From Lama glama (Eukaryota), in NCBI GenBank assembly GCA_028534125.1, contig CM052837.1, positions 24,614,001-24,678,000 on the forward strand: a stretch of 64,000 bases of DNA, read 5' to 3'. This document shows positions 37,058 through 49,679 of this stretch, one piece after another. Below the pieces are notes generated by a model. It saw nothing but the letters and a program-made list of their open reading frames with translations, was not told the DNA's origin and made no database searches. The translations under genes and the position numbers were made by a program. Each line of letters opens with the position of its first letter. Position 1 is the stretch's first letter.

Positions 37058-37240
37058 AAAATAAACAAGGACCTACTGTATAGCACAGGGAACTACATTC
37101 AATATCTTGTAATAACTTACAATGAAAAGGACTATGCAAAATAATTTATATGTGTATATACGTATAAAAAACAAAATCACTATGCTGTACACCAGAAACT
37201 AACACAACATTGTAAATCAACTATACTTCAATAAAAAGAA
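37058..37240 (+). mobile_element. Cetartiodactyl-type L1 3' end
   Basis: aacaaggacctactgtatagcacagggaactac...tgctgtacaccagaaactaacacaacattgtaaatcaactatacttcaataaaa. Confidence 0.85.
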
Positions 37241-37437
37241 GATTATATAAGGTATAGAAACCTACCCTACCTGCCCTACCCCACACAGGGGAAAGTCAAT
37301 AAAGTATTTTGTATTTTGAAGGCAACTGGAAATAAGTTTTAGAGAAAGTTACAATTTACACTTGTTTTTAATACAGCTAAATGTATCCAACAGAGAGACT
37401 AAAAGCAGGATGTAATAGGAATACTGAATTAATAAGC

Positions 37438-37617
37438 CAGGAATCATCAATTTCTTTCTATAGACGACAGCTAGTAAATTTTTAGGCTTCTGAGGCACAT
37501 ATAGTTATTGTTGCATACTATTCTTTATTTTGTTTTGTTTTGTAACCATTTAAAACTGAAAAAGCCATTTATGGCTTGTGTGCTGTACAAAAACAGGCTG
37601 TAGGTTGGCAAGCCCTG
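37438..37617. mobile_element. MER58-family hAT MITE
   Basis: gtaaatttttaggcttctgagg...gctgtacaaaaacaggctgtagg...aagccctg. Confidence 0.7.
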
Positions 37618-38729
37618 CACTAGGATTAAAAAGGAAGGGAGGTGGAAAGAAACAAAAATCTAAAAACAAGCAGAGGAAATGGAAAACATCAAACAGAGAT
37701 GGTGACAGTCAGACAAAATATAACAGTTATGATAGGATAAATGGTCTCCATTTCCCTAAAAAAATACACTGACTCACAAACTGAGTCCAAAAATCGAGCA
37801 TAACTAAGTATTTCCCATGAGACACAACCTTAAGTAATTAGATTCAAAAAAGGGTTAAATGTGAAGGTTTAATAGGCAACTATCAATGGAAAAAATGCAG
37901 GTGTGCCAATATTCATATCACAGTAGAATCAGAGACAAGGCACTAGATAATACAAAGAGAGTCATACTACATTGATAAAAGATGTAATTCACAAAGAAAT
38001 CCTAACTATCACATTTTCTGCAGCAAGTAACACTGCACTCAAAAATACAAAGCAAACTGTTAGAAATCAAGAAATCAATGGAAACATAGTAAGAATAAAT
38101 CAATTTAACATACCTCTCTGAGTCAGCCCAATCAAAAAGGCAAAATTTAAATAAGGATCAGGAAACATACCAGTATAATTATTAATACTGATATAAGAGA
38201 CATAAATAAAACCTTTTTTCCCTACAGAGAATTCTTTTCACTATGCTTTGAGTATTTTTTAAAGGATGATTTAAAAATAGTAACAGTAATGCCCCAAAAG
38301 AAGCTCAACAGATAATCTTAAGTGTTTTTTAAACTCTATTATCTAATCACAAGATCAAAGGTTAAATAACACTTAACTACTGAAAATTTTAAGAGCAGAG
38401 AAAAAGATAGTACACACCACTATTCATTTCACAACAATTTCTGTAATAATCATGACACCAAAATCTCACTGAAGTCATAAAAATTATAAAACCATAAACC
38501 AAATCATGTGTATAAAATAAAAATCCAAAAATAGAATTAAGAAATCAAGTCCAATCATGTATGAAAAAAGAAACATGACTAAATTTCATTCTAGAAATAC
38601 AAGGATATTTCAGCATCAATAAATCAATGAACATATTTAATCCACAGAGTAATAAATTTTAAATTAAAAATCATACAAGTAAATCAAAAGATGCCAAAAG
38701 ATATTTGATTAGAATACATATCCATTCTT

Positions 38730-38942
38730 TTTTTAAATTGAGTTACAGTCAGTTTATAATGTTGTGTCTATTTCTGGTGTACAGCACAATTTTTCACACA
38801 TATATGAATATACATATATTTGTTTTCATATTCTTTTTCACCATGAGCTACTACAAGATCTTGTATATATTTCCCTGTGCTATACAGTATAAACTTGTTT
38901 ATCTATTCTATATATACCTGTCAATATCTACAAATCTTGAAC
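38730..38942 (-). mobile_element. Young lineage-specific L1 3' end with TSD
   Basis: TSD atacatatccattctt (38714-38729) / atagatatccattctt (38943-38958); T-tail on the left; endonuclease-type site TTCTT/GA. Confidence 0.9.
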
Positions 38943-39149
38943 ATAGATATCCATTCTTGATTTAAATTCTTAGTAAAATAGTTATCATTACTTGAAAGTG
39001 ACTATGTACCTAGGACAGCCAAGGTAATCAACAGGATAATCATTATAACTTACACACAAGTTCAACAAGATGCCCAGCATAAAAGTAAACAAATTAACTC
39101 ATAGCTTTATCATATAACGTGATCAGCCAATATGAAAACATAAATCTGG

Positions 39150-39260
39150 GGAAGAAGACATCCCATTTGCCATATATACATGTATAAGTACAAATGCACG
39201 CACACAGACACACACACAATGACACACATAAGCACGCATGTATAGTGTGCGTGTACATGT
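39150..39260. repeat. Mixed (TA)/(CA)/(TG) low-complexity tract
   Basis: Alternating purine-pyrimidine degenerate repeats. Confidence 0.7.
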
Positions 39261-39704
39261 TTAACAACTGTCTCTTTCAGGGGAAAAGTCCTGGTTTATA
39301 GCATTTGCTGATTTCTATGGTTTAAATATTCACACCATAATGGATTAAAAATGGCCAACATGGTACCACTGAACTTGGAAGAGTCAGTGGTATAGAACTT
39401 GGTTAGACCTTAGAACTTGGAAGAGATGTCTAATGGGACCCCATTATACAGTATTTATATCTTGCAGATATACAATAAGCATAACTCTAAGAAGACAGAT
39501 AATGATAAAATGCAGTAAAATAATTAGGGAGTCAAGAGTTTTGAGTATTTATTACCTTTGTTTTTAAATGTAATTTATCTAATTGTAATTTTGTATCATT
39601 TAAGTTTTAAGAATGACTGTGTTTGACAACCACCTTATCGAAGTTCTGAAATTTTAATAATCAACTCTTGCAAGCAGGTATGGATTGGCTCCAGCACATC
39701 ACTG
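39255..39704. mobile_element. MER63-like hAT-Blackjack element
   Basis: atgtttaacaactg...tagcatttgctgatttctatgg...gagttttgagtatttattacctttg...ggctccagcacatcactg. Confidence 0.75.
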
Positions 39705-40279
39705 TTTTAAAAAAAAAAATCTCAATGAGAAAAAGTCAATACTTATAAAAATATCTCTAAATTTCACTGAGATCCATAAAATAAAATAAAACTTAAACAA
39801 ATAGAAATTTATCATGCTTTCAGACAGGAAGACTTAATATGCTAAAGATACTGATTTTCTTTAGATTCATCGATACATTTAAGAAATCCCAAATAATACA
39901 CCAATTTAATTTTCTTTGGGGGCAGTGGCTGGGCGAGGGGGAAGGTGATAAAGTAATCTTAAATTTCATCTGTAAAAATAAACATGTACGGATATCTAGA
40001 AAAATACTGCAAAGACAACAACATTCAGGGCGCACATGATCTTAATCTAGTAGTAGGCTATAATGCTCAGAAAAGCATGGTAATAAGCACTGAAGGAACA
40101 GAAGCAATGGTCTCAGTCCAGTGGGGTAAAGACACCCAAACAGGTAATTCCAGTCCCATGTGGCAAGTGTCATGATGGCAGCCAAGAGGACTTCGGGGAA
40201 CTGAGGAGCCTGGGAATGTTACAGAAAGGAAGGAACATCTGAATAGACTTGTCTTTTCAGGGTCCTTCAAAGGACCTTT

Positions 40280-40490
40280 CAACAAATTGCTTTCCAGAAA
40301 GTTTGTACCAATTCAAGTGTGTAAGACTGTCTATTTTCTAACATGCTTGCCAACACTGAGTATTTTTCGTTTTTATCTTATCTTGTCTAGTTTGACAGGT
40401 GGACATGGTACCTTATTTTGATTAGCATGTCTGATGTCTAATGGGGCTGGTAATATTTCATACACTCTTTGGGTGTTCCCAGCTTTACTT
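40280..40490 (-). mobile_element. Old L1 ORF2-end fragment
   Basis: aaattgctttccagaaagtttgtaccaatt...gcttgccaacactg...atggtaccttatt. Confidence 0.7.
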
Positions 40491-41277
40491 CTGTGGAAAT
40501 CCATCTCTCCTCCATGCTCCCTTGGCCCCACATGCTATCCAATAGCCCTCAGTACACCATGCCATGGCCATGCGTCTGTCCATTTTCCCAACAAGTCAGG
40601 AGTAGGACTGGGTCTACTTTATCCCTGCATCTGCAGCAGAGAGCACAACAAACCTTGTAGTAGATGCCCTGACAGCATATGCCAAATGAACATGACAGCG
40701 GGTTCTGGAGAACTCAGTACTTCTTCACTGGGGTGTCAGCCGCGGCCATAACTGAACCACATAAAAACAGTGCTGCTTTCCCAGAGACAGTTCTGCCAAC
40801 ATTATTAACAGCAACTGGGCACAAACAAGAAGAAAAACAAAAACAGAGCAAGGCTGTAGTTCATCCCATTGTACGTGATCATCAGGCAGGGAAAAGACTG
40901 TAAAATTCAAGAATTGTCTTCAGAAAATATCTTTTGCTCAGGAGACGGTTCCAGTGTACCTACGGAACTGTCAGAGAAAATTAGATTCTCCGCAAATAAC
41001 CGTCACTTGAATTTCCACTGTATTTCTAAAGATTCCCCTCTTTAACTTCCACTTGTTGTGTCTTTACAACACATCCTTTCAGAGAGGTAGTTGGTCTGGC
41101 ATTATCGACTCATCAGACACCGGGAATGTTACAGGCACAGTGGGGAGATGGCAGGACACTTATGCAGACGATGAGTTTATACAAGTTTGCTGGGACATTC
41201 ATGCAAAAGCCCAGCCCTTCCTTCCATAGCTACTTAAGGGGACCCTGGGAACAGGCGTGCCTAACCCATTTAGCAGC

Positions 41278-41731
41278 TGTAGTGGGTGGAAGGGTTCTCC
41301 TCCATCAAAGGTTATGTCCACATCCTAAAACCCCAAAACTGTAAACACAACCTTATTTGGAAAGTAGGTCTTTACTGATGTAATTAACTCAGATTTTTGA
41401 GATGAGATTATCCTGAATTACCCAGAGGGGCCCTAACTCCAAGGATAAGTGTCCTTGTAAGAAAGAGAAGAGGAGAAGACAGACACATGGAAGAGAAGGT
41501 CACATGAAGATGGAGGCAGAGACTGGAGTGATGCAGCTACTAAGGATGCCAAGAGCTACCAGCAGCAATCAGACAAGGAACAGAATGTCCTCTAGAGCCT
41601 TCAGAGGGAGCACAGCCCCACTGACATCTTGATTTCAAGCTCTTGCCTTCAGAAATGTGTAAGAGTACATTTCCTTTGTTTTGAGTGCCCAGCTTCATGG
41701 TTATTTGTCACGCAGCCTTGGAATCTAAACA
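41278..41731 (+). mobile_element. MaLR solo LTR (MLT1C-like)
   Basis: TG...CA termini; TSD gcagc/gcggc; accttatttggaaa...gaagatggaggcagagactggagtgatgcag...tagagccttcagagggagcacagcc. Confidence 0.9.
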
Positions 41732-41959
41732 GCGGCCAATCCTACGCCTGAATGCTTTTGTGGCATCTGTATTCCCCGATCCCCCATGTTGCTTCCTTCT
41801 CTCCTAGACTGTCATTCAGACTGTCTTCTCGTAGCCCAGCCTTGCCCTCTCCAAGCCAATTCCCACCTCCGCAAGATGTCAGGAAAAGCTCCTACAGACT
41901 CCAACCAAAGATATCCTCCCACCTGAAACCTCCAAACAATGGCTGGCAGCCCAGTCGTG

Positions 41960-42470
41960 GACATCAGGATAACTCAAGATGCTCAGTCTCGGGTCTGAGG
42001 ATTCCCATCACCTGGCCCCAACTTGCCTCTTGCACCTTGTATCTGCCAAGACCAACTCCCTGAGCACCGTCTACTCCAGCCAGGGCTGCAAGTCTATCAC
42101 TTGCAATTCCAGATCATTCTTCTCCCTTGTCTGTCAGGGAAGTACTTTTCGAGACTCTGCTCAAGTGCCATGTTGTTTTTGAGAACTTCACTTAGTTCTT
42201 CCTTCTACCTCTACTGCCAACCCAGTGGAACTTAACTCCCACACTTTCCGTCTGCCCCCGGGTTACAGCATCAGGCACACCCAATCACACCCATCTATGG
42301 ACTTGGCCATCTCCCTGTTAGCCTGTGCGCTCCTTCAGGGCCAGTTCCATCCTTATCTGATTCACCTCTGTATCCTAGAACCTAGCCTGGTACCTGCACA
42401 GAACAGGGATCCAACAGAGAAATGGCTGGGTGGGTGGGTGGAGACATGGGTGTGTGGATGAATGCACCAA
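41960..42470 (+). mobile_element. L2 3' portion
   Basis: ttcacctctgtatcctagaacctagcctggtacctgcacag...ggatgaatg. Confidence 0.55.
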
Positions 42471-42604
42471 CTAGCCAAGCACCAAATGAACCAATAAGTG
42501 GACAACTTGTTGAAAGGGGAGTTAAGCGCCAAAGGGTGCAGAGACACAGAGGAACAGCTGGGAGTTACACACATGAACTCTGTGGCACATCAAAAGCTGA
42601 CTGA

Positions 42605-42850
42605 CAATAAATACATCATAACAAGACTGGCATTTCCTGGAGCTTCCCAGTTTGTAAATCCTTTTCATATGCTTCAAACCATTTACTCCCTCAATGACCT
42701 GGTGAGGTTAGGAATTACTATTATCTTTATTAAAAAGGAAGGAAATCAAGGCTCATAGAGCGTGCAGACATTAGCCAAGGTCTCACAGCCAATGAGGACC
42801 CCAGGACCTAGGTCTGCCCAGCTCTTTATTCTATACTCTTTCTGCATGAG
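42605..42850 (-). mobile_element. MIR
   Basis: aggaaggaaatcaaggctcatagag...gccaaggtctcacagc. Confidence 0.65.
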
Positions 42851-43479
42851 ACCCACCTGGTCTCTGCTCTAAGTCACAGACTGTCTATCAAGCACTTGTA
42901 GAAAAATGAGGGGCGGTATGATCTCCCCACCGATTGTGTCCATGCAGAACTCAGAGACTCACACAGCTTGCCTGAAAATGACTGATAGGATGGAAACTGA
43001 CAAGTCATCATCCGCTTCTGGTGCTGTTGACGACTGGGTAACGTGAGTATTGTGTTGATTCCCGCTAGATGGAAGAAGATGTCACTTATCGTTAATGGAG
43101 TGTCACACGTATGTCTGCCTAAAGGAAAATGCTCTTTTGGTGGTTGTTGTTGTTGTTCTCAATTTCCCCCTCGTTTTACAGCCATAAAAAAAGGAAAGTT
43201 TCAGCAAAAAGGATGATTCTACCTAGAGGTGGAGCGGGAAAGCATCCTTCTGATTTAGTCCCTTCTTTCTTGGCTGGAGCAACCAAGAGCCAGTCAAAAT
43301 GCTGGTGTAAGTGAGAGGACAGACCTAGGTCCTGTGAGCAGCTAAGTGCTCTGGGCTGTAGATCAGAACTTCAGGATCCAACAGCCACAGCTAGAAAGTG
43401 TTCAGAGTCCAAGCAGGACTACTAGACTCTCAGCCAAGCGAGGCTCACCTCTGCTCAACAATGATGATTGAAAATACAA

Positions 43480-44060
43480 ATAATAACAGACATTATTACT
43501 GAGCATGTCACTCTGGACTATGGAATGTGTGAGTACACATTTGACCTTCCGGTTAGCCTCATGATCACCCTGTGAGGCAGGTACAGATATACCAACCCTG
43601 ATCTCAGAATTCTGAGTTCTCAAAAGCTTTGAAAACCAAAGATTTTTTTCCCTAAGTTTGTGCAAACTTATTTGGTGCTAAAACTTGGGTTAAACTGATA
43701 TGGACTTATTTGCAGTTTTTATATATTCTTCTTAGTGGTAACATCTGTACGTTTTGCTGAAGAAAATATCAACATGCTTGATTTTGAGGTGCTTGCCCAG
43801 ACCCTGCTTGGGGTGTTACTTATTCTACAATATATGGACTATAATGCCTTCCTAAAAAGTAAATCTAAATTGAGAAACACATTTGGCCCCAAAGGCTGCA
43901 GATAAGGGGTTGAAAACTTGTTCAACCCATTTCATGGATGAGGAAACAGGCTTGAAGAGGTTGAGGAACTTGTATGAAGTTACACAGCTCAAAAACAGTG
44001 GTTAGGTTTGGAACCAAGAGTCTTCCTCCAGAGCTGGTGTGGTTAACCCTGTGCTCTGCA
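43480..44060 (-). mobile_element. MIR split by MER46C
   Basis: accctgtgaggcaggta [insert] cccatttcatggatgaggaaacaggc...gttacacagct. Confidence 0.75.
43584..43920 (-). mobile_element. MER46C-like Tigger MITE
   Basis: aaaagctttgaaaacc...aaacttatttgg...cccagaccctgcttggggtgttac...aaacacatttggcccca...gataagggg; inserted after a TA. Confidence 0.8.
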
Positions 44061-44409
44061 GCATTTGACAGATGCCCTTCTGGCTGGTCTCAGCCTTCAC
44101 ATTCTCAGCCCAGCAGTTCAGCTCCTGCTTGCTCTTGGGCAGGAAGGCAGGATCTACCATCTCAGGTGAGCTGCAAGATGATTCCCAGAGCAACAGGACC
44201 ATAATTTAAATGCTCTATCAAAACAAATCCTGGGATAAAGACCTGTGTTCCAAACCTAGAGTCAAATGCAATGACAGCATCAGTCATAATTAGGTAACTA
44301 CCTGTCAAGATCAGGCTCTGTATTTGAGTCTTCACGGTGAGAAGAAAAGAGAAACATCTATCATTTTGCTGATGGCCACCCCACACCAAATTATCACGTG
44401 TTCTCACAC

Positions 44410-44630
44410 CACAGAGGTCAAGTCAGACCCTGGAACCACACAGCTTATGTTCAAATCCTGGCTTGGCCACTCAGTGGCTGCTTAACCTTGGCCGTGTTTC
44501 TTAACCTCTCTGAGCTGCAGTTTCTTCACCTAGAACGTGGGTTAATAATAGCACTTATCTCAGGAGTTCCCATGAGGACTGAATAAGTCTACATTTAAAG
44601 CACTTAGAATACAGCAAGTCTATATTAGCC
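44410..44630 (+). mobile_element. MIR
   Basis: gttcaaatcctggcttggccactc...cttaacctctctgagctgcagtttcttcacc...taaagcacttagaa. Confidence 0.9.
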
Positions 44631-45379
44631 TTTGATTCATAAATAGACAAAGTTAGAGAGAGAGAGAAATGCTATGCTTCACATTTTAACTTCTTTGAAA
44701 TTGGAGTCCTTCTTGCTATTGATGTGTGATTCTAAGACAATGTTTATGTTGTCACTTTTCCCAGAAAGCTGCAATTTAACCAATGGTGCCTCTTTTGTCT
44801 TTACAATGTCTTAGAATGGACAGAGTATGGTAAATACTACTACTGGGGAAACTGGATGCATTTTTCCTTTGTTCTCAAGAGAAGGAACTGAGACAAGAGC
44901 AGGGTAGAGATTCAAGCTGTGCTCACTGGGTCTCCGCAGAAAGGTCGCTCTTTTCCGTCCACAGGCAGATGAATTCTAAGACCAGACACCAGGCTGAACA
45001 AGCGTCCCCACTCCAAAGAGCTGAGCCAACTTCTATTTGCATTTCAAACCTCTAGCAAACAGCCACAATCAACTTCTTGGGATTTTTCCTAATTAGTTTT
45101 ATTCTGCGCCTCTGTCACCTTTCTGAGGAAGCTGAAGATTTTAACCTTCAAAATTAGCAGCAGTGCGTGCCAGAAAGGATTTCAAAGAAGAGTCAACGTG
45201 GGTCTGGAACTGAATTGCTGCACCTGAGAGTGTCGTCTGAGGACTTTTCAGCCTGTGAAACAGCAGGTTCCCACCCCTTGGGAAAACTAGTCTCAAAACT
45301 AAAAGTTTCCCCGAATCATATATCTGAGAAAAATGTTAAAACAGATTCATCCATAGAGGCAAGGAAATAAAACCGTAAG

Positions 45380-45680
45380 AATAAATAAATTGTAAATTCG
45401 ATGTGTCTCCTCTGCTTAAAATCCTCCAATGGCTTCCTACTGTACTTGGAATAAAATATAATTTCCTTACCGCAGATTTCTGGGCCCCAGGTGACCTGTC
45501 CCCTACCCATTTCTCCCAACTTTTTTCCATGCTATGCTCTCCTTTACAAACTATATTTCAAAGATACCAGTCTCTTTTCTCTTTCTTTTTCTCAAATACG
45601 TAAAGCATATTCTTGCCCCAGTTCTCTGTATCTGCTATTCCTCCAGTTTGGGAAAATCGCCCCCTCTCTGGCTACCAGGC
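45380..45680 (+). mobile_element. L2 fragment
   Basis: ctcctctgcttaaaatcctccaatggcttcctactgtacttggaataaaat. Confidence 0.75.
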
Positions 45681-46432
45681 TCAGTGGTAATGGATGCTCA
45701 CTGTACAGGGTCAGAGCAAAGCGGACCTTTTGTTAATTCATACGAAGGAGACATACGAGCTATCAGCCATACGAGCTGCTTCCCTGTGATGAGTCCTTCA
45801 TTGCTAAAACAGACACTAGTTGAGCATCTACTGTAAGTCAGGCGCTATCTTAGGCCCTGGGATTACAGCCTTGAACCAGAAAGACGAGCCCTCTGCCATT
45901 TGGGAGCCCATATACCAGACACACGATGGACAATTCAGCAAGATATGAATGAGCAAAACATCAGATAGTAACCAGAGCTGGAAGACAATTTAATTTGGTT
46001 ATATGGCAGTGAATGGATGGCTACTTTAGACTGAGTAGTCAAGGAAGGCCTCTGGAGGTTGTGATATTTATTTTGAGATCTAAATGGCAACAAGGAGCCA
46101 TCCACATAAAGAATTTGTTTGAGTTTGGGAGGGAAGGAAGGACATTCCATACAGAGGAGATCCAAGGTGTGAACTCTTGTAAAGACCCCAAAGAGTGAAG
46201 AAGCTCTCTGTGTTCCAGAACTAGGAAGTCAAGGTATGGCTAGGAAGTAGTGGTCGAAGAGGGCAGAAGAATGAGATGAGGACCGACAGGTGGGAAGGGG
46301 CCAGGTCAGGTGGGACGCTGTGAGTCAGCATAAAGAGCTGGGATTTTGTTCCCAGTGAGTTGTGAAACCATTTGAGGTTTCAAGCAGGGAGTGTTGTGAT
46401 CTGATGCACATTTTGGAAAGACCATTCTAGAA

Positions 46433-46645
46433 CTCAGAGTTATCTGAAAGAACTTCCTGCCATGATGGACATGTCCTATATCTACACTGTCAAATGCAAT
46501 AGCCACTGGCCACATGTGGCTATTGAACGCTTGAAATGTGGACCATGTGATTGAGAGACTGCATTTTTAAATTTTATTCTATTTTAAATAATGTAAATTT
46601 AAATACCTACACAAAGCTGGTGGCTACTACATTGGTCCATGCACC
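46433..46645. mobile_element. MER3 hAT MITE
   Basis: aacttcctgccatgatggacatgtcctatatc...agccactggccacatgtggctattgaacgcttgaaatgtgg...tggtggctac. Confidence 0.85.
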
Positions 46646-46661
46646 GTAACTGCTGGATGGA

Positions 46662-46889
46662 GAGTTGACTCTTGAACAGCACAGGGGTTAGGGGCATCCT
46701 CCACGCAGTTGAAAATCTGTGAATAATTTATAGTTGGCCTTCCATATACACAGCTCCTCTTATCCACAGTTCTGCATCGTGGGATTCAACCAACCATAGA
46801 CGGGGTAGTATTGCAGTATTCATTTTTGAAAAAAATCTGCATGTAAGCAGACCCATGCAGTTCAAACTCGTGTTTTCAAGGGCCAGCTG
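46662..46889. mobile_element. Tigger2-derived MITE (MER8/Tigger2a-like)
   Basis: TIRs gagttgactcttgaacagcac / gtgttttcaagggccagctg followed by TA; gacccatgcagttcaaac. Confidence 0.8.
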
Positions 46890-47229
46890 TAATTACATGG
46901 GGACCAGAGGGGAAGCAGAAAGGTTAATCAGGAGGCTTTTACCGTGGTCCCGCAGGGAGATGGCGATGGCTGGAAGTAGAGATGGAAGGCAGTGGCAAGC
47001 TGGGAATATCTTTCAGGGCTGGAGCCAGGAGGGTGAGACAGAGAAAGGGAAAGTGAGGAACCAGAGATACTCCCAGATTTTTCATTCGTACAACTGAGTG
47101 GATGGTGGCACCATTTTGATATGAAAAGACTGAGGAAGAAGCAAGTTGAGGGGAGGAAACAAAAATTCAACAACTAAAAAAAAATCGTGCTCCCCCTAGG
47201 TCCTCATGGGGCAGGTTGCTTGTGACTTT

Positions 47230-47495
47230 TGGGCTTCAAATGTCAGCTCCAGTGTCGCCTCCTCGGAGCAGCACACAATACCCACACCACCTCTTCATCA
47301 CACTCTCTCTCACAGTCCTGTCGCTTTCTTCTTTCTACTTATTACCATTATCTGCCATTATTTGATTATTTGACTAATGCACTGCCTCTCTTCTCTAAAC
47401 TGTAAACTCTCCTCATACAGGCCCTCACCCCCACAGTTGCCTAGAAGGGTACGTGGCAAACAGCAGGTTCTTAAATATGTGTTGGTTGAATTAAA
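47230..47495 (+). mobile_element. L2 3' end
   Basis: ctaaactgtaaactc...tggcaaacagcaggttcttaaatatgtgttggttgaat. Confidence 0.7.
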
Positions 47496-49064
47496 GAGAT
47501 AGGGACAAGTATCTTTACCTTGAAAAAAGCAGAAAAAGAAAAAAAACAGGGCTGAAACCACAAAGAGTATGTTCACAGTGTGAATCTGTATGACATAAAA
47601 TAGTGGAAAACAATGTGTACTCACACACCTGATGCAGGTATATATGGATAAATTCTGTTTGGGGTTATTTAACAGTTTCTTTCATCCAGAAAACAGAGTA
47701 TCATTTTCAGGTAATGATCACCTCATCTGATAGGTCAAAAATGAGATGCTAATCAGGATGTGGTTTCCAGTTCTGCACTCTCATTTCTCTTCCAGTGTTA
47801 TTGGGGAGAGAGCAGAGGGTGCATAAGATGAACACAGGGTAAATCCAGGGCTGCCATTTTTAAAGTTCAGAATGTCCTTGAGTGTTACCTGCCCTGAGGA
47901 GCAGAATTCATCATCATCACCTACCTACATCCCCTCAACTAGAAGCAGATTGTATCCTGGCTGAACAGGTGCTACCTGGCAGGGTGCACTGAGGGGGAGC
48001 ATTGCAATTAAGCAGATAGTGATTTGAAACTGAGCTGTGCAATCCTGACAAAGTCAAGTAGCCTCTCTGATCTCCACTCCCCACTCCCCTGCCTTGCATA
48101 CATCAGGTCACCCTGTACTTCCCATCAAACACCACCCCTAGATATTTTCTCCCCAACTACAGATAAATCATATCACCCCAAAACTTCTGAACCCCAGGAG
48201 TAGGTCTTTACGTATTTTCCCACCTCAGTAGGGCAAGCAGGAGTTGCACACAAGTTTGTCATTATTTCCCACATTCCTCTTTCCCTGCAGACTTAATTCT
48301 CTCTGTAAACGCATTGCACCCCTCCACACACACACTCTCACACACAAGTCCACACCCACAGATACATGCAGAGCTCTCTGCAGCCTCTTTCACTCTACAC
48401 TGACTCACAGTCGTGAGAACACATTTCCTTTTCCTCTTCACAGGCTCCAGAAATGAGGTCGTTTCTGCTAAAAGCAATCCTAAGCACTGGGTGAACAACT
48501 CCAGAAAATTAGTACAAGTTCCACTCAGGCTGGAGACAAAGAGGAGAGAAAGCTGTTCAATTTCGACTGTATACACATTACCCACAAAATGGAACACGCC
48601 CCTCATTTTTCTCAATAATTCCAATTTTTAACAAAAATTGAAACAAAAGCTCTTCCTGGTACCACCCCAAAAGGTGACTTTCTATTTGCCATCAGCAATC
48701 ACTCCAAACCAGAAAGGCACCATTCTCTTCACTTTTTGAAGCACGATTCCTCATCAGAGATCTCGATTTCCAATGGAAATTATAGACAACATTAAAAAAA
48801 AAACCCAGCTAGAATGTATTAAAGATTTAACCATGAGTCATTTTAGACATTGAAAGAAGGTATAATTCTGCCAGCCCTGAGCCTGATATATAGACATTCT
48901 GGACAAGGAAATAATTTGAGGACTATCTGATACAGACATAATGAATAAGAGACAGAAAATATCAGATCTGGGGAACAATACTGTTTGCCATTGATCTGAA
49001 AATAATTGAAGTGAATAATTATTCTATCTAATATCCACTGAATAACATGCTGCTATTCAAAGCA

Positions 49065-49330
49065 ATTTTTACAAAGAGTTTTTAATAACAGAGAGTGCAC
49101 AATATATGGCCAAATGAAAAAAACAAAAAAAGGAATGTGTATGACAATATATACAGCATGATTCCAATCACATGGAAGTGTACAGCAACCCTAAAGGAAA
49201 ATGCAAGAAAATACTAACAATGGTTACCATTGGGTAGTCAGAAAATATATGCATCCTTGTTTTCCTATTGCTTCTACTTTTCTCTATTTTCCAAACTTTA
49301 TGTAGTAGGTACATATTATTTTTAACAAAA
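49065..49330 (+). mobile_element. Ancient L1ME-type 3' fragment
   Basis: atatacagcatgattccaat...aatactaacaatggttacc...tctattttccaaa. Confidence 0.65.
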
Positions 49331-49679
49331 CCTTTTCACTCAGCAAAAATGAATTTTAAAATAAAGTTTATCTAAAAATGTTAAACTCCTTTGATTTTGT
49401 AGAAATGTCTTCTGTAAAAGCTTCTGTCTTAAATTGCCCTGATGGCATTATGATGTCTGAGGAAACAAGACAGAACTACCCCCAGATCCATATACACTTC
49501 CAATTTTGAGACGAGGTGGCTAAGGAGTCAACTAACACTGCTTCTAGAGAGTCTACAGATGGGTGGGGAGCCTCGCAGCTTGGCTCTTTCCCGGGGAGCC
49601 CAAGGGGATCAACATGGAAGACTACAGTGTTCACATTTATTAGTCCAACTCACTCAAAAAAGTAGGTGGGGCCTAACTT

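Larger units (their letters stand above)
34780..40020 (+). mobile_element. Highly degraded ancient L1 (ORF1 and ORF2 remnants) carrying nested younger insertions
   Basis: A-rich plus strand; ORF1-like cagacttctcctctacaat; endonuclease-region-like gcaggtgtgccaatattcatatca and attgataaaagatgtaattcac; ORF2-like ggaagacttaatatgctaaagat; left boundary uncertain. Confidence 0.6.
45790..47170 (-). mobile_element. L2 with nested MITEs
   Basis: ttgagcatctactgtaagtcaggc...aggaaggcctctggagg...ttttggaaagaccattct [inserts] aggaggctttt...ggatggtggcaccatt. Confidence 0.8.
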
